NCBI RefSeq assembly: GCF_009914755.1
Contig: NC_060947.1
Length of the DNA: 64,000 nucleotides
Origin: the human T2T-CHM13v2.0 reference genome, Homo sapiens
Direction: 5' to 3' (one strand)
Shown here: positions 1 through 12,606 of the stretch, piece by piece
Layout of the letters: the number at the start of each line of letters is the position of its first letter
Numbering within the stretch: position 1 is the first letter of the stretch
Position numbers and translations under genes: made by a program
Notes under the pieces: model-generated
The model's input: only the letters and a program-made list of their open reading frames with translations
What the model was told of the DNA's origin: nothing
Database searches by the model: none

Positions 1-1124
1 AGGAGTTGGGCATACTGAGTTCCTACTACCTTAGGACTCTTTCTTGAGAATGGAGGGCCATGGAGAGGTGACATTAAATTTCATAGTGATTAAAATTAGA
101 TTTTTAGTTCATAGCAATTTAGTTTACCATTCCTTCAAATTATAATTTTGCCAATTATAATTGAACATGTTTTTAGAACCTGAATTTTCTCACTTAAAGT
201 GATTCCCCTAAATATCATTTTAAAAATTAAATTAATTACCATTGCACTAATTAATTCCTTAATTGGCTCTTAACCCAAGAATTAGATTGCCTAGATTTTA
301 ACAGAGAAAGCAAAACAGACAAAAACAACAAAACCACACAAGGATTTTTTTCTTAACCAGAATATTCTGAAGGGATCATTTGATCAGATCTATGGTATGT
401 AGGTGAAACTGGGATAAAACATTTTTTAAAAGACATTATATAATTGATAAGAGCCATATTTTTGACTTGATTAATTGGCTATTTTGATTAATTAAAAATA
501 TGTAAAATATACTTAGACCCTCTCCATGAGAAAGAACAAATTTGTGGATTTGAACACATGATTATAAATAATCATTTTTATTTTTGTCTCTTACTGTCCC
601 CCACTGCCACCCCAGGGATTTGGGAATGGGCTGTCTCTGCTTATATTAAGAACATGTAAAAAATAGACTCATTGATCTATCATAACAGAGAAAGGAAACA
701 AAGCCATGGGATTTCTAGACATGACATGTAATTCTTATACTCTTCTCACCTTCCATACCCTCTGCTGGTTTTTCCCATCATGCTATTTGCCAGTGTTAAA
801 AAAAAATGAGGAATGAGCTCACCATGTCATCTAAAATAAAAAAAGAAAAGTTCCTTGCCATCGATCACAGTTTGTAAAGTACTTTAAAATCTTTCTCTTG
901 GAGCTTGAGATGTGAGCCTTTGGCAGCTTCAGTCATATATGAGGGGCCTGAAAGAAGGTGTCTCGCAGTGTGGAAGTTGCTGTTTCCATTCACTCTCAGC
1001 TCATCATTTAAAGATATTGGGAGAGAGCTTTTTTTTTTTTTCTTACTGAGAACACCAAAACCGATGATCACCACAGGAAGACTTAGTTACTATCACAGCT
1101 CAGCCTCACCAAAAATTCTTTTTC

Positions 1125-1448
<324 letters not shown>

Positions 1449-1454
1449 TAATAC

Positions 1455-1950
1455 ATTTTTTAAATTGAAGCATAACATACACATAGAAAACTGTACCAAA
1501 ATTAACAGTATAGCTTGGTGAGTTTTACCAACGAATATTATAAGCACCCCAGAAGCCCTTCCTGTCTCTGTCCACCTGCCCTGCCCCCAGGATAGCCACT
1601 CTTATGACTTCTAACCCCATAGATTAATTTTCTTGTTTTGAACTTTATATAAATGGAATCATACAGTATGTGCCCTTTTATACCTGGTCTCTTTTGTTCC
1701 ACATTATGTTTGTGAGAGTCAACCATGTCATGGTGTATAGTAGTGGTTCATTCATCCATATTCCATTCCATGGTGTGAATAGACCACAATGTATTGATCC
1801 AGTCTGCTCTCTATGGGCATTTGGATATTTTCCAGTTTGGGGCTATTACTAGCAGTGCTTCTGTGAACATTCTTGGGTGTGACTTTTGGAAAACATGCGT
1901 TTGTATTTCTGTTGGGTATATATCCAAGGGAGGAAATTCTGGATCATTCA
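1455..1950 (-). mobile_element. Old L1 (L1ME/L1MC-type) 3' fragment
   Basis: Antisense L1M 3'UTR motifs: tatataaatggaatcatacagtatg; tttccagtttggggctatt; gtgaacattctt. Confidence 0.8.
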
Positions 1951-2059
1951 AGAGGGACTATTCATAAATCTCGTTTTGCTTTTTTCCTCCATCTTCTCTA
2001 AGAGAGGGTAGTTATAGGATTTCAGGACTGGAGGAGGCCCCACAGAACATGTATCTGGC

Positions 2060-2582
2060 TGGTGTTTTTCTGATTCTGCCTCAATATCCTCTAAGGAGTT
2101 CAGGCATCTTCAGTGAGGGGAGAGGCGAGCTTGTGTGGGGCTCTGGGGCTCTGCTTCAACCAGAGCAATGCCCCCTTCATCTGATTCATAGACAGTGGTG
2201 AAATTACAAAGAACATATTGTTTCAAGAATGAGTTCTATAAGTTTGTTTGAGTCTCACTGTGTCACCCAGGCTGCAGTGCAGTAGTGCCATGGCGTGATC
2301 TCGACTCTCTGCAGCCTCCGCCTCTTGGGTTCAAGTGATTCTCGTGCCTCAGCCTGCCAAGTAGCTGGGATTACAGGCATGCACCACCACGCCTGGCCAA
2401 TTTTTGTATTTTTAGTAGAGAGACAGGGTTTTGCCATGTTGGCTAGGCTGGTCTCAAACTCCTTACCTCAGGTGATTGGCCCGCCTTGGCTTCCCAAAGT
2501 GCTGGGATTATAGGCCACCATGCCCAGCCATTTTTGCTTGTTTGTTTGTTTTTTGTTTTTTGTTTTTAAGAGTTTGAAAAGA
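2060..2582. mobile_element. Degenerate hAT-Charlie MITE (MER103-like) interrupted by an Alu
   Basis: ctctgcttcaaccagagca core and agtttgaaaa terminus; family from recall. Confidence 0.35.
2243..2529 (-). mobile_element. AluS SINE
   Basis: Antisense Alu dimer with gggttcaagtgattctc and acctcaggtgat. Confidence 0.92.
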
Positions 2583-2674
2583 GATGATTTGGGTTTATTG
2601 TTTTCACTTGAGAAAGGGGCAAGCAGGCCTACACAGCAGACTGGGGTGGATTGATGTACGTGGGGGGTGCTGGC

Positions 2675-2845
2675 ATTTTATGGGTGCTCTTTTACTCAAC
2701 CCTGCAAATCAACTCTATGAGAGAGGCGTGTTCTTATCCCTATTTACAGCTGGGGAAACTGAGGGGGTGAAGCAGCTAAGTGACATTCCTAAGGCCACCC
2801 ATCTAAACGAGGCAGAGCTGAATCCAGGTGGTATGACTCCAGGGC
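2675..2845 (-). mobile_element. MIR SINE
   Basis: Antisense MIR core tttacagctggggaaactgagg...aaggccacc. Confidence 0.75.
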
Positions 2846-3209
2846 TTCCCCCTGCTCCCTTAATTATCCAAACCAGAGTACTCTACTCCCACGCACTGCC
2901 CGTTTCACAATCTCCCTCACAGACTGTCAAGGGCCTACATGAGCCATTATGGTGACAGTGGTTTACTCTTTGGGTTTTTGTTTCTCTGGTATGTAAAGCT
3001 ATTGCCCAAGAAGCCAAGGCATAATATAGAGACAGGCCCACATGAAACTGACTCCCCCACTTAAGTTCATTTCAAAGCAGAATGTAATCCTTCGTGCTTA
3101 CCCTTTCACATGCCCGATGTTATACGATTGTTGCTGGAACCCTGCGAGATAAGCATGGTAAGTACTACTGGCCCTTATTTTGCCAATCTCTCTGCCCAGG
3201 TCTCTTTAC

Positions 3210-3592
3210 CTGCTCGCTGCACTCCAGCTACCACTGGCTTCCTAAATATGCCACAGGTCCTTTGCACTTATTGTTTCCTCTGGCTGGAATTCTCTTTTCT
3301 CAAATATTCTCATGGCTTGCTTTCTCGGTTCCTTCAAGGCTCTGCTCAAAATCATCTAATAAAGTAGACCTTTTCTTACCTCCCTATCTAAAATGACATC
3401 TCCATCATGTTCCACTGCCTGATCTACTTTACTTTTCTTCAAGGCAAGTCTGCTTCCTGACTTGTGATATATTTACTTTGTTTCGTAGCAATTGACAGAC
3501 AAGGTAGGCTTCAGGTGGGATGGCAGTGGGGGGGTGTTGATCATTGTGTATCTCTGGCACATCAATAAATATTTAATGAATGAGTGAATGAA
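3210..3592 (+). mobile_element. L2 LINE 3' end
   Basis: cctttgcactt..gtttcctctggctggaat, ending tcaataaatattt..tgaatgagtgaatg, the typical L2 tail. Confidence 0.75.
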
Positions 3593-3699
3593 AGAAACTG
3601 GTGTTAAAATTTAGATACTTTATACCCAAGGAGGGTAGCTGGAACTTATGTTTAATGGGATAAGCTTGTAGGTGCTGTATCTCCTTACATTTCTAATAT

Positions 3700-3870
3700 T
3701 TGTTTTGCTTTCTCTCTTTTTTCTTGATTATTCTTGCCAAAGGTTTATCTTTTCATTGAACGTTTCAAAGAACCAGCTTTTGGTTTGGTTGAGCCTTTTA
3801 TTCCATGCCTTTCTTCTTGTTCAGCTCTATATTTATTTACTTTGGTTTGTATATGTCTGTTATATCTCTG
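3700..3870 (-). mobile_element. Old L1 ORF2 fragment
   Basis: ttcaaagaaccagcttttggttt is antisense to the L1 ORF2 motif aaaccaaaagctggttctttgaa. Confidence 0.65.
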
Positions 3871-3914
3871 CACATTAAAGATTGTTTGAGTGCAGAGACC
3901 ATAGCCAACCACAG

Positions 3915-4045
3915 CTATGATGAGGCTTGCTGACTAGGTTAGACCTTTGAGCCACCATGTCTGGGGGTCTGTGGTTTAAATCTCTCCTTTGCCAAGCTTT
4001 CCCATTTTTGCATGAGCCACCGGGGTGGAAAAGAGCAACATTTAG
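3915..4045 (+). mobile_element. Ancient tRNA-derived SINE head (MamSINE1-like, uncertain)
   Basis: tRNA-like A box (tgactaggttag) and B box (ggtttaaatct) at tRNA spacing, followed by a non-MIR body ending ggggtggaaaagagc. Confidence 0.35.
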
Positions 4046-4903
4046 ATTTTTAAAAAATAACAAATTATCCAATTATCATTTCAGCTAAGCTATTTTAAAA
4101 CATTTCAATTGGTATGGACTGGTTTCTAACCTATGAATATGATTGCTGTTATAGTATCATTTGTTAATTCCTTTATAACAAATGTCTTCTATAGCTTGCA
4201 GTATTACTTATATTATTTTACTGCTGTAATTGAAACCATAGGGAGATGAAGGTTATGCTAGAATGAAAAAGTTCAAACCACATTTTGGGACTCTTTTTTC
4301 CAGATCTAAGTGAAATCCGTGTTAGAATAACAAGACAGAAAATCTGTCTCTATAATTAGGGAATTACTGGAGTCAGAATCAAACCGTAGGAAGGTGCATA
4401 GCTAAGGAATGCTTCTAAGACAGTAGAAAATAAAGCCTTATGTGAACAAGGAGAATCTCTGTGCATGGACCTTCAGGGATGGGGATATGTGCTTGCAGGG
4501 CCAGGGAGGGAATTGATGGGAGCTCCATATCTAGTTAAAGCACTTAACCTCTGGGGTGAAATCTTAGTCCAGAGAACACTGAATGGTTTCACAGCAAAAT
4601 GTCATCTGATGAACCCTGCTGTATAAAGTAGCAGAGAAGTGGTCGTAAATTTGTTCGGGGATTCTTGTGTCTCATTCTGACTTTGGTTTGCAATATGATA
4701 GGTTTGATTTTCCTAGGAAGTCTCCTGATGCCATGCCCACTTGTGTTAAGATCAAGGCACTTAGTTGTATGTGAAATGTGATCAGGGAATGCACCAAGGA
4801 TTCGGCATCTTGGGGGCATTATCTCTGATCCTAAGGTAGATCAGAGAAAGTCAAAGGGAAGGAGAAATGATGAGGGAGGGCAAGATAGGTAGATAGATAC
4901 TGA

Positions 4904-4960
4904 AAGAGAGAGAGAGAGAGACAGAGAGAGACAGAGACAGAGAGAGACAGAGACAAGAGA
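4904..4960. repeat. (GA)n/(GAGACA)n microsatellite
   Basis: Read directly from the sequence. Confidence 0.95.
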
Positions 4961-5194
4961 CATAGCTGGGCTGTTTAGGATTATGAAAAAGCATATCTGT
5001 AGTGCCCTGTTAAAGATGAAAATTTTACCCCAACCCCATTCTTCAGGCTCCCACCATTAGATCCACAGTGAGAGAATGTGAGAGAGACAGAGAGATCTGA
5101 TTCCCAATATTCCTTTTGGCTTGAAGCTTCTTTGATTCTAAATGCAGGGAAGGACATTCTCTGCAAGGCAGAGCAACTTTCAACGTACCTTGAG

Positions 5195-5217
5195 AGTTCA
5201 AAGGTCAGTGTTTATCT
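5195..5217 (+). promoter_or_regulatory. Candidate DR1 nuclear-receptor site abutting FOX and GATA motifs
   Basis: AGTTCA-A-AGGTCA, then TGTTTAT overlapping TTATCT. Motif match only. Confidence 0.35.
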
Positions 5218-5995
5218 CTAAGTGCTGTTCAACTGTGAGCACAGGAAATGTTCCCTGCAAATCCTGTGTCCAGGGGAATTTGGGTCCAGCATCCAGACCA
5301 CCATAGACTCAGGTTAGGGTGCTTTTTAGAGTTGGATGGGAATCAGTCTGGATTTTTTGGACCCAAAGGACACTGACCTGGTGGAGTGATGTAGCCACCA
5401 TGTGCAGAACAGTTTTCATGGGTGAGTCTCTCAATGTGTGATATCAAAGGCGTGTTTCTTTTAGCAAAGGGAATTCAAGTTCCAAACAGCAACTGTAACA
5501 GAAGGAAAAGGTTGTATTCTACTTTTTCAAAGGTGTCAAAGGAATAGAGACCATGGATTAAGTACAAATTTGGGTAAGGAAGATTCAAATTTTCCAATGA
5601 TTTGCAGACAGTGAAAAGTTTGAACATAAACACACATGATTTATTTACCACAGAATATCAAGACTGTCGAGCCAAGTCAGGAAGCAAGCGTGTGCCAATA
5701 AAATCTTGACAGATACCAGAAGAAAAATGAGAACCCAACTTAGTAAGTGGTGGGAAAGAATAAGTGGTGGTAGATGGAATTCTTTTTAAAGAGCCCATAT
5801 AGAAATGAGTGAGTGTAGTGTTCTTGAACAGTGGCCCATTTATACTGGAAGCTATTTCTTTGACATATATGAACCAGCCAGATCACTGAGAGGGAGGATG
5901 CTTCTTCCCACAAGAAGAGTAATCTGATTGTTTTTCCTCAAATAAATAACCAATTTATTATCCACCCAGATATGCAATTGTTAAAGACACTAAGG

Positions 5996-6492
5996 TTGTG
6001 CTGTTCAATATGGCAGCCTCTAGCTGCAGAGCTGTAAGCACTTGAAATGTAGTTAGTGCGATTGAGGAGCTGAATCTTGAATTTCATTTAATTTTAATGA
6101 GTTTAAATTTTAAAATGGGTGTTTGATTCAGTTATTGGAAAAGTTTTTGTTCTTTGCAACAATTCTGGTATGTGAATCTACTTTTTCAACCATTTCATGA
6201 AATCTAAATATAGATCAAGTAATTCTGATGAAAATTTACCATCCAAATTGAGCTGTGCTTTAACTGTAAAAACACATGGGATTTCAAAGACTTAATATAA
6301 AAGAAGAGAATGTAAAATATCTCGTTAGTAATTTTTTTACATTGATCACATGTTGAAATGATAATATTTTAGACATAATGGATTAAATAAAACACATTAT
6401 TAAACTTAATTTCACCTCCTTTAAAAATTTTTTTATGTGGTTATTACATATGTGGCCTGCATTCTTGCATTATATTTCACATGAACAATGCT
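5996..6492. mobile_element. hAT-Charlie DNA transposon (Charlie5/MER3/MER33 group), internally deleted
   Basis: MER3-like end (gcacttgaaatgt..tgaggagctgaat) and MER33-like end (acatgttgaaatgataatatttt..ttaatttcacc..acatatgtggc). Confidence 0.75.
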
Positions 6493-6718
6493 TTATATTT
6501 ATTTATTTATTTATTTATTTTTAACTTTTATTTTAGGTTCGGGGGTACACGTGAAGGTTTGTTATATAGGTAGACTTGTGTCATAGGGGTTTGCGGTACA
6601 GATTATTTCATCACCCAGGTATTAAGACTACTACCCAATAGTTATTGTTTCTGCTCCTCTCCCTCCTCCCACCTTCCACCCTCAAGTAGGCCTCAGTGCC
6701 TGTTGTTCCCTTCTTTGT
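6493..6718 (-). mobile_element. 5'-truncated L1PA15/16-like with TSD
   Basis: aacttttattttaggttcgggggtacacgtgaaggtttgtt...; flanked by atgaacaatgcttta (6481) and atgaacaaggtttta (6719). Confidence 0.88.
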
Positions 6719-7017
6719 ATGAACAAGGTTTTACGTGCCACATTTGGTGGATAAGGCTAGCTTTGCCACTGAAGATTGAAATGAACTGGGAAATGAGAAA
6801 AATGGTGAATCCTTTACTCTTGTATGAACTGAAAGTTTTCCCTGCTCTTCCCTTCTGTTCCTGAGCCTAACCACTAGTGATTTATTTAATATAAGTCTTT
6901 ATATCCTGAGAGAGCTAGGTATTAATGAACTTTGTCATGTGCTATTTAAGTCTTAAGCTCAATGAAGAATTTAGTTTGTAAGTGATTTTAGGACAACGTG
7001 CTTCCTTCTTACACATC

Positions 7018-7446
7018 CGTCTTAGGTTGGGTGCCTAGGACAGACTCTGAGATGGAGACCCGTGCACAGGAAAGCTACTGGGGAGTGCCAGTGGAATCAA
7101 CACCTGCAAGGAGTGAGGGAAGCAGGGCTGGGCATAGGGAAGAGCTGAACCACCATGCAGTACAACAAAGACCTCAGCTGTGGAAGCAAGCTGGTCCTTT
7201 GGAGTTGTCCCAAATTGAGGCAAGGGGGCCTGGCCTTTGTATTTTCCAAATGACCAGTCTTTGGATGCAAGTTTCCTCTAGGTAGGGGGCAGGAGCTTGG
7301 GTGAGGCAGCTCCTTTCTGCAGAAGGCAATTCCCAGAGCAGGAAAAAGCTGTGAGCCCTCAGAAGCCAATAATCCCAGCAGTTGGGAGATGGGGTACCTC
7401 AATCCAGAATGAGAGGTCTTGGAGGCACCCCACAGCATCCACTATG
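7018..7446 (-). mobile_element. LTR16C-like ERVL solo LTR
   Basis: gtcttaggttgggt...gagttgtcccaaattgaggcaagggggcc...cacagcatccacta. Confidence 0.8.
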
Positions 7447-9107
7447 ACATCTCAATCTTGTTCTAATCATAAGCCCCCAGCCAGACCCAGACAGGCAAAG
7501 CCTTTCAAATGGCATCATCCTAGACCTGGGGAACTGAAAAAACTCCCTGTGCCTGAGAATGAGGAGTAGGGTATGTGTCTTCTTGCATTCCTCTCCTTCC
7601 TGCCCTGGAATGAGCCATAATTTCTACAACACAGAAGTAATAAGGGATTGGGGGAAGGGAGGGAAAAATAGAGACAGAGAATAGAAGGATGAATCAATAT
7701 GACTCAACCACTTATAAATCCCCCAGTGGCATAGATAGGCAAAGAGCCATTTTACTTTCCTCTAACTTCTGAATTGGGCTGTAGCCACAACCCAGCAGCT
7801 ATTCGGAAGTGTGGAGAAGGATGAGAAGGAAGCCTGGTCCCAGAGCAGACACGCTGCCCAGATCAATTTAGAAAGAAGTCAAGACTGTCAGCTTGGGCTA
7901 GTATTTCACTGACTTCTAGCCACACGGAGAACGAATGTCGCTCAGATAATAAGCCAAGAAAGAGAGCAGGCCTCGGCCTCCAGTTCTTTCAGATAATGAC
8001 CTGCGGTTGCTGCAGAGGAAATAAGAGCTTGGTAGCCATTCAGGCCCTGAGAGCTTGACCCCAATTCTTCTCTGTGTGTCTGTCTGGCCATCCATCTGGT
8101 TGTTCTGTTTCCCGTTTTCTAGTTTGTCCTTTAGGACAAATTTGCATCTTAGTATGGCTTCTTCCCAAGCATCTCCCCTGCCTGTTTGCAAACACTGATT
8201 CATCAAAGATGCCCAACAGCCTGTGATCATTGGGCAGGGACATTTTCCCATAAGCCTTTCCTGCTTCTCCTGCCAGTTATCTTTAATTTAATAGCTGTGC
8301 ATGTCACATATGTACATACTCACAGAGGGATGCACACATTCTTTAACTCACACACACCTCTAAAAGCACATTAGTGCAAACTGGGTTAAAGCTGCTTCCA
8401 GCTACCTCACTTCCCTTCCTGCCCCTCGCCTCGTCCTTTTCCTATCTCCAGCCACCTTGCTCTTTGCCTCTCATTTCACGCTGCCTCTGAGAGAGAAATC
8501 TCATTATTTCTGATTTAGGGGCTCCTGTGCCCTCCCCTGCTACATGTCATGCCCGCTGCCAGCTTGTTGCAACATCACAAGAGAATTCAGAGCTCTGATT
8601 TATCCGCCAGAGGAATGCCTCTAGGGAGGATGGGGGTGGGTGAGACTGGAGACCAAGAAAGGGTGTAAAAGTGGGGAGGGATTGGCAGAGAAAGCCTGAG
8701 TTTTTAGAGCCTTGGTAGCTTCAGGATGCTTGGATTAGCTGGGTTAGACCACACTGTGAATATAGCACATTTTATCAGAAGCCTAAAGAAGAAGCAGTGC
8801 AGCTTTTGTTTATTTGATTTTGGAGATGGGCTGAGGACATGTAATTGGGGCTTGGGCAGAGCTATTGAGGGATGCTGTAATGGGCTTTTTAATCCCTCCC
8901 TCCCCTTTTCCTCCTGGAAAGTAGTAAATGGTGAGGACAGTCATGTAACTTATAATTTAACATTCTTCATAAATCCATCTTTGCCCCATTCATTAGCCTA
9001 AGAGCAGGAATTAGATGTCTTGTGTTGAGCTTAACACGTGGGCACATAGTGGGATTCAGAAAATGTTTGCTCCATATGTAATGCAGGAATTAGCCAGGTC
9101 TCCCTAC

Positions 9108-9550
9108 TGTCTTGGATTTGGTTCCCCCAGACACAGATCCTGGCATAATGATTCAAGTGAAGGTAATTTATTTTGTGTGTGGGTGTGTGTGTGGGGGTAA
9201 CACTACCTGTAGGTAGTGAGAATATGATACAGGGAAGGAGGGCAACAAGTAAAGGACATTATCAAGCTGAATCCTACAGAAGGATTATCCCACCCAAGGG
9301 GCAAGGGAGCTGGAGTATTTATACACCAACCTCCCAATAATCATTGCTTGGAGGCTGCTCCTGGAGGCATTCATTAGTTCTTGGCATTTCTAGCCCACCT
9401 CGTGCATGGGCAGAGTGACCTTCTACAGTCCTGGTTCAGGAAAATTAGCCCGTAGGCTCAGAGATGCAGGCACTAGCAGTTGGAAATCTCCTGGTGCTTA
9501 CCTGAAAGGTCTGAGGGATATGTGCAGGGGCACTGACAGTGTCTGCTATG
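9108..9550 (-). mobile_element. LTR16 (B/A-like) ERVL solo LTR
   Basis: tgtcttggatttggttccccc...ggagctggagtatttatacaccaac...gacagtgtctgcta. Confidence 0.75.
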
Positions 9551-9564
9551 GTAGCCAAGTTTCA

Positions 9565-10230
9565 TGCATCCATTTATCCACTCAACAAATATTTATTCAA
9601 CCACTCCTATGTTCCTGGCACTGTTGTAAGTGTTGAGGATACAACAATAAACAAAACACATACAGATCTCTGTTTTCAGAGAACTTGCAGTCTAGTGGAG
9701 GTGACCAACATAAGATAAATATGTTATACTCTCCTTAGGTGGTGACACTGTAATGAAAAGAAAAATAAAGGTGGGGAATAAGGATTGCTGAGGGTGCCAT
9801 ATTAAATCAAGCAATCAAGGAAAGCCTCACGGAGAAGTGGATATGTGAGTGAAAACCTGGAAGGAACGAGTCATGTGGATATCTGAAGAAGAGAGTTCCA
9901 AGCAAAGGAAATAGTAAGTGCAAAGGCCCTGAGGCTGGGGTGTGTGCCTGTCATATTTGAGGAATAGCAAGGAGCCCGGTGTGGTCAGAGCTGCATGGGT
10001 AAGGCATGAGCTGTGGGAGAAGAGCTCGGAGAAATCCCAAGGTGAGGGCAACAGTGCAAGACATGCAGGATCTTTTGGGTGATTGCAAGGCCTTTGCCTT
10101 TTACTCTGAATGAGATGGGGAGTCACTGGGGGGCTTTTAGCAAAGAAGGGACACATTGTGGCTTATGTTACTGTGTTGGGAACATACTGAGGCAGGGCAG
10201 GGGTGGATGGAAGCAGGGAGATCTTGTGCA
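9565..10230 (-). mobile_element. L2a LINE
   Basis: Antisense L2 tail catttatccactcaacaaatattta and body gtgcaaaggccctgaggc, tttactctgaatgagatggg. Confidence 0.85.
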
Positions 10231-10304
10231 AAGCACATCTTCTAGGACCGTCTATTTTACTCCATAATAAATGAATTAAAGATGAGAGTGGGAACAGGTC
10301 TCTT

Positions 10305-10503
10305 GAGCCCTACATGTGGAACTGGCATGATACAATTTTTGCTTCATTTTGTTGGCTAAAACAAATTATAAAGTGAGACTAATTTCAAGGGATGGAGAAA
10401 TAGACTCACCTAGTGATAGGAGGGGTTGTAAAGTCCCTTCGCAAAGGGGTGTGGATAGAGGAAGGCAAATTATTGTGGTCATTTTTTGCAAACAATCTAC
10501 CAT
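10305..10503 (-). mobile_element. MLT1 (MaLR) LTR fragment
   Basis: ttggctaaaacaaat...ggagaaatagactcacc...caatctacca. Confidence 0.65.
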
Positions 10504-10509
10504 GGCAAA

Positions 10510-10526
10510 TGACCTCAAATTGAACT
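10510..10526 (-). promoter_or_regulatory. Candidate DR5 retinoic-acid response element
   Basis: TGACCT caaat TGAACT, i.e. AGTTCA-n5-AGGTCA on the minus strand. Motif match only. Confidence 0.35.
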
Positions 10527-11495
10527 TTGAATATCCCTGTTCTTAAAATATCCTGGGGCTACCTCACCTCATGTTATGGAGTAAAATGGAAGGTCCAAGA
10601 AGATATGCCACGTTCACTTTAGATCCTGCCCACCACAGATGTCAGTGGGTATTCATGTGCCAGGCAGAGGTGAGGAACTAATTGTGAACCTACTTCCACT
10701 TAACTGCTTTGCTCCTTTTAACCTTAATACCATGTCCTTTGGCCAGCTTCTTCTTTCCCTTCTCATCCTTGCTTCTTCCAGTTCTCCTTGAGAACAAACA
10801 CCCACTCCCTTGTGTCATGAAGAAGACTTTGCCAGATCTTTAGTAATCTTGTTCCTGAACACTTTGCACCAAGTTTCAAAGTTCACATCAAGTAGTGACC
10901 AAGGGATTTTCCCAACCAAAATCAGACCTCCATCTCTAACGTGCTCAAGATGAATTCTGTGCCAGTTGTTAATATAATCCATTTTCGATGTGCTTTATAA
11001 ATGAATGGGCTTGACCTTGAAACTGACACCAAGATTCTGTGGGTTGGGTGGAGAATGGTATTATAGATGTGGTGTTGATAGAGTTCTCGTTCTATGCTCT
11101 TTTACTAGTGTAGTTTATGGCTATTGCTTCTTGAAGCCAAGGTCTGTGCCTGTTTCTTTGATTCCCCTCCCAATACCTAGGACTTTGTAGACTCTCAAGT
11201 AATGTGACCTTGAAATTTAAGGTGAGTTTCTACAACAGTCTATCTAATATTTTAGACCTTCCCCTCTTCTCAAGCTAGGAGGGAAGGATCTCAAAGAATT
11301 CCCATAGATTAACTAGATTTTTGTATATCTAGACCAGTGCTGTCCAATAGGATTTTCTGTGATGCTGGAAATGTTCTGCATCTGCACTGTCTAATATGGT
11401 AGCCACTAGCCACTTAGGGGTATTGAGCACTTGAAATGTGGGTAATGTAACTGAGGAACTGAATTTTAAATTTTCTTTAATTTTAGTTTAATTTT

Positions 11496-12606
11496 ATTTG
11501 AATTTTTTTAATTATACTTTAAGTTCTGGGATATATGTGCCGAAGGTGCGGGTTTGTTACATAGGTATACACATGCCATGGTGGTTTGCTGCACCCACCA
11601 ACCCATCATCTACATTAGGTATTTCTCCTAATGCTATCCCTCCCCTAGCCCCTCACTCCCCAACAGGCCCTGGTGTGTGATGTTCCCCTCCCTGTATCCA
11701 TGTATTCTCATTGTTCAACTCCCACTTATGAGTGAGAACATGTGGTATTTGGTTTTCTGTTCCTGTGTTAGTTTGCTGAGATAGATGGTTTCCAGCTTCA
11801 TCCATGTTTCTGCAAAGGACATGAATTCATCCTTTTTATGGCTACATAGTATTCCATGGTGTATATGTGCCACATTTTCTTTATCCAGTGTATCATTGAT
11901 GGGCATTTGAGTTGGTTCCAAGTCTTTGCTATTGTGAATAGTGCTGCAATAAATATACGTGTGCATGTGTCTTTATAGTAGAGTGATTTATAATCCTTTG
12001 GGCATATAACCAGTAATGGTGTTGCTGGGTCAAATGGTATTTCTGGTTCTAGATCCTTGAGGAATCACCACAATGTCTTCCACAATGGTTGAACTAATTT
12101 ACCAACAGTGTAAAAGCATTCCAATTTCTCCACATCCTCTCCAGCATCTATTGTTTCCTGACTTTTTAATGATTGCCATTCTAACTGGCATGAGATGGTA
12201 TCTCATTGTGGTTTTGATGTGCATTTTTCTAATGACCAGTGATGATGAGCTTTTTTTCATATGTTTGTTGGGCACATAAATGTCTTCTTTTGAGAAGTGT
12301 CTGTTCATATCCTTCGCCTACTTTTTGATGGGGTTGTTTTTTTCTTGTAAATTTGTTTAAGTCCATTGTAGGTTCTGGATGTTAGCCCTTTGTCAGATAG
12401 ATAGATTGCAAAAATGTTCTCCCATTCTGGAGGTTGCCTTTTCAGTCTGATGATAGTTTCTTTTGCTGTGCAGAAGCTCTTTAGTTTAATTAGATGCCAT
12501 TTGTCAATTTTGGCTTTTGTTGCCATTGCTTTCCATGTTTTAGTCATGAAGTCTTTGCCCATGCCTATGTCCTGAATGGTATTGCCTAGGTTTTCTTCTA
12601 GGGTTT
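11496..12606 (-). mobile_element. L1PA6/7-like: non-inverted 3' part of a twin-primed insertion
   Basis: Antisense L1 3'UTR (ttatactttaagttctggg...ccctcccctagccc) and ORF2 C-terminus ([20 protein letters not shown]; HMKKSSSSL). Confidence 0.95.

Noticed and set aside
865-1074. 69-aa minus-strand ORF (…NGNSNFHTARHLLSG…) as a processed pseudogene
   Set aside because: I recognise no protein family, it crosses a poly-A run, and I see no TSD or tail.
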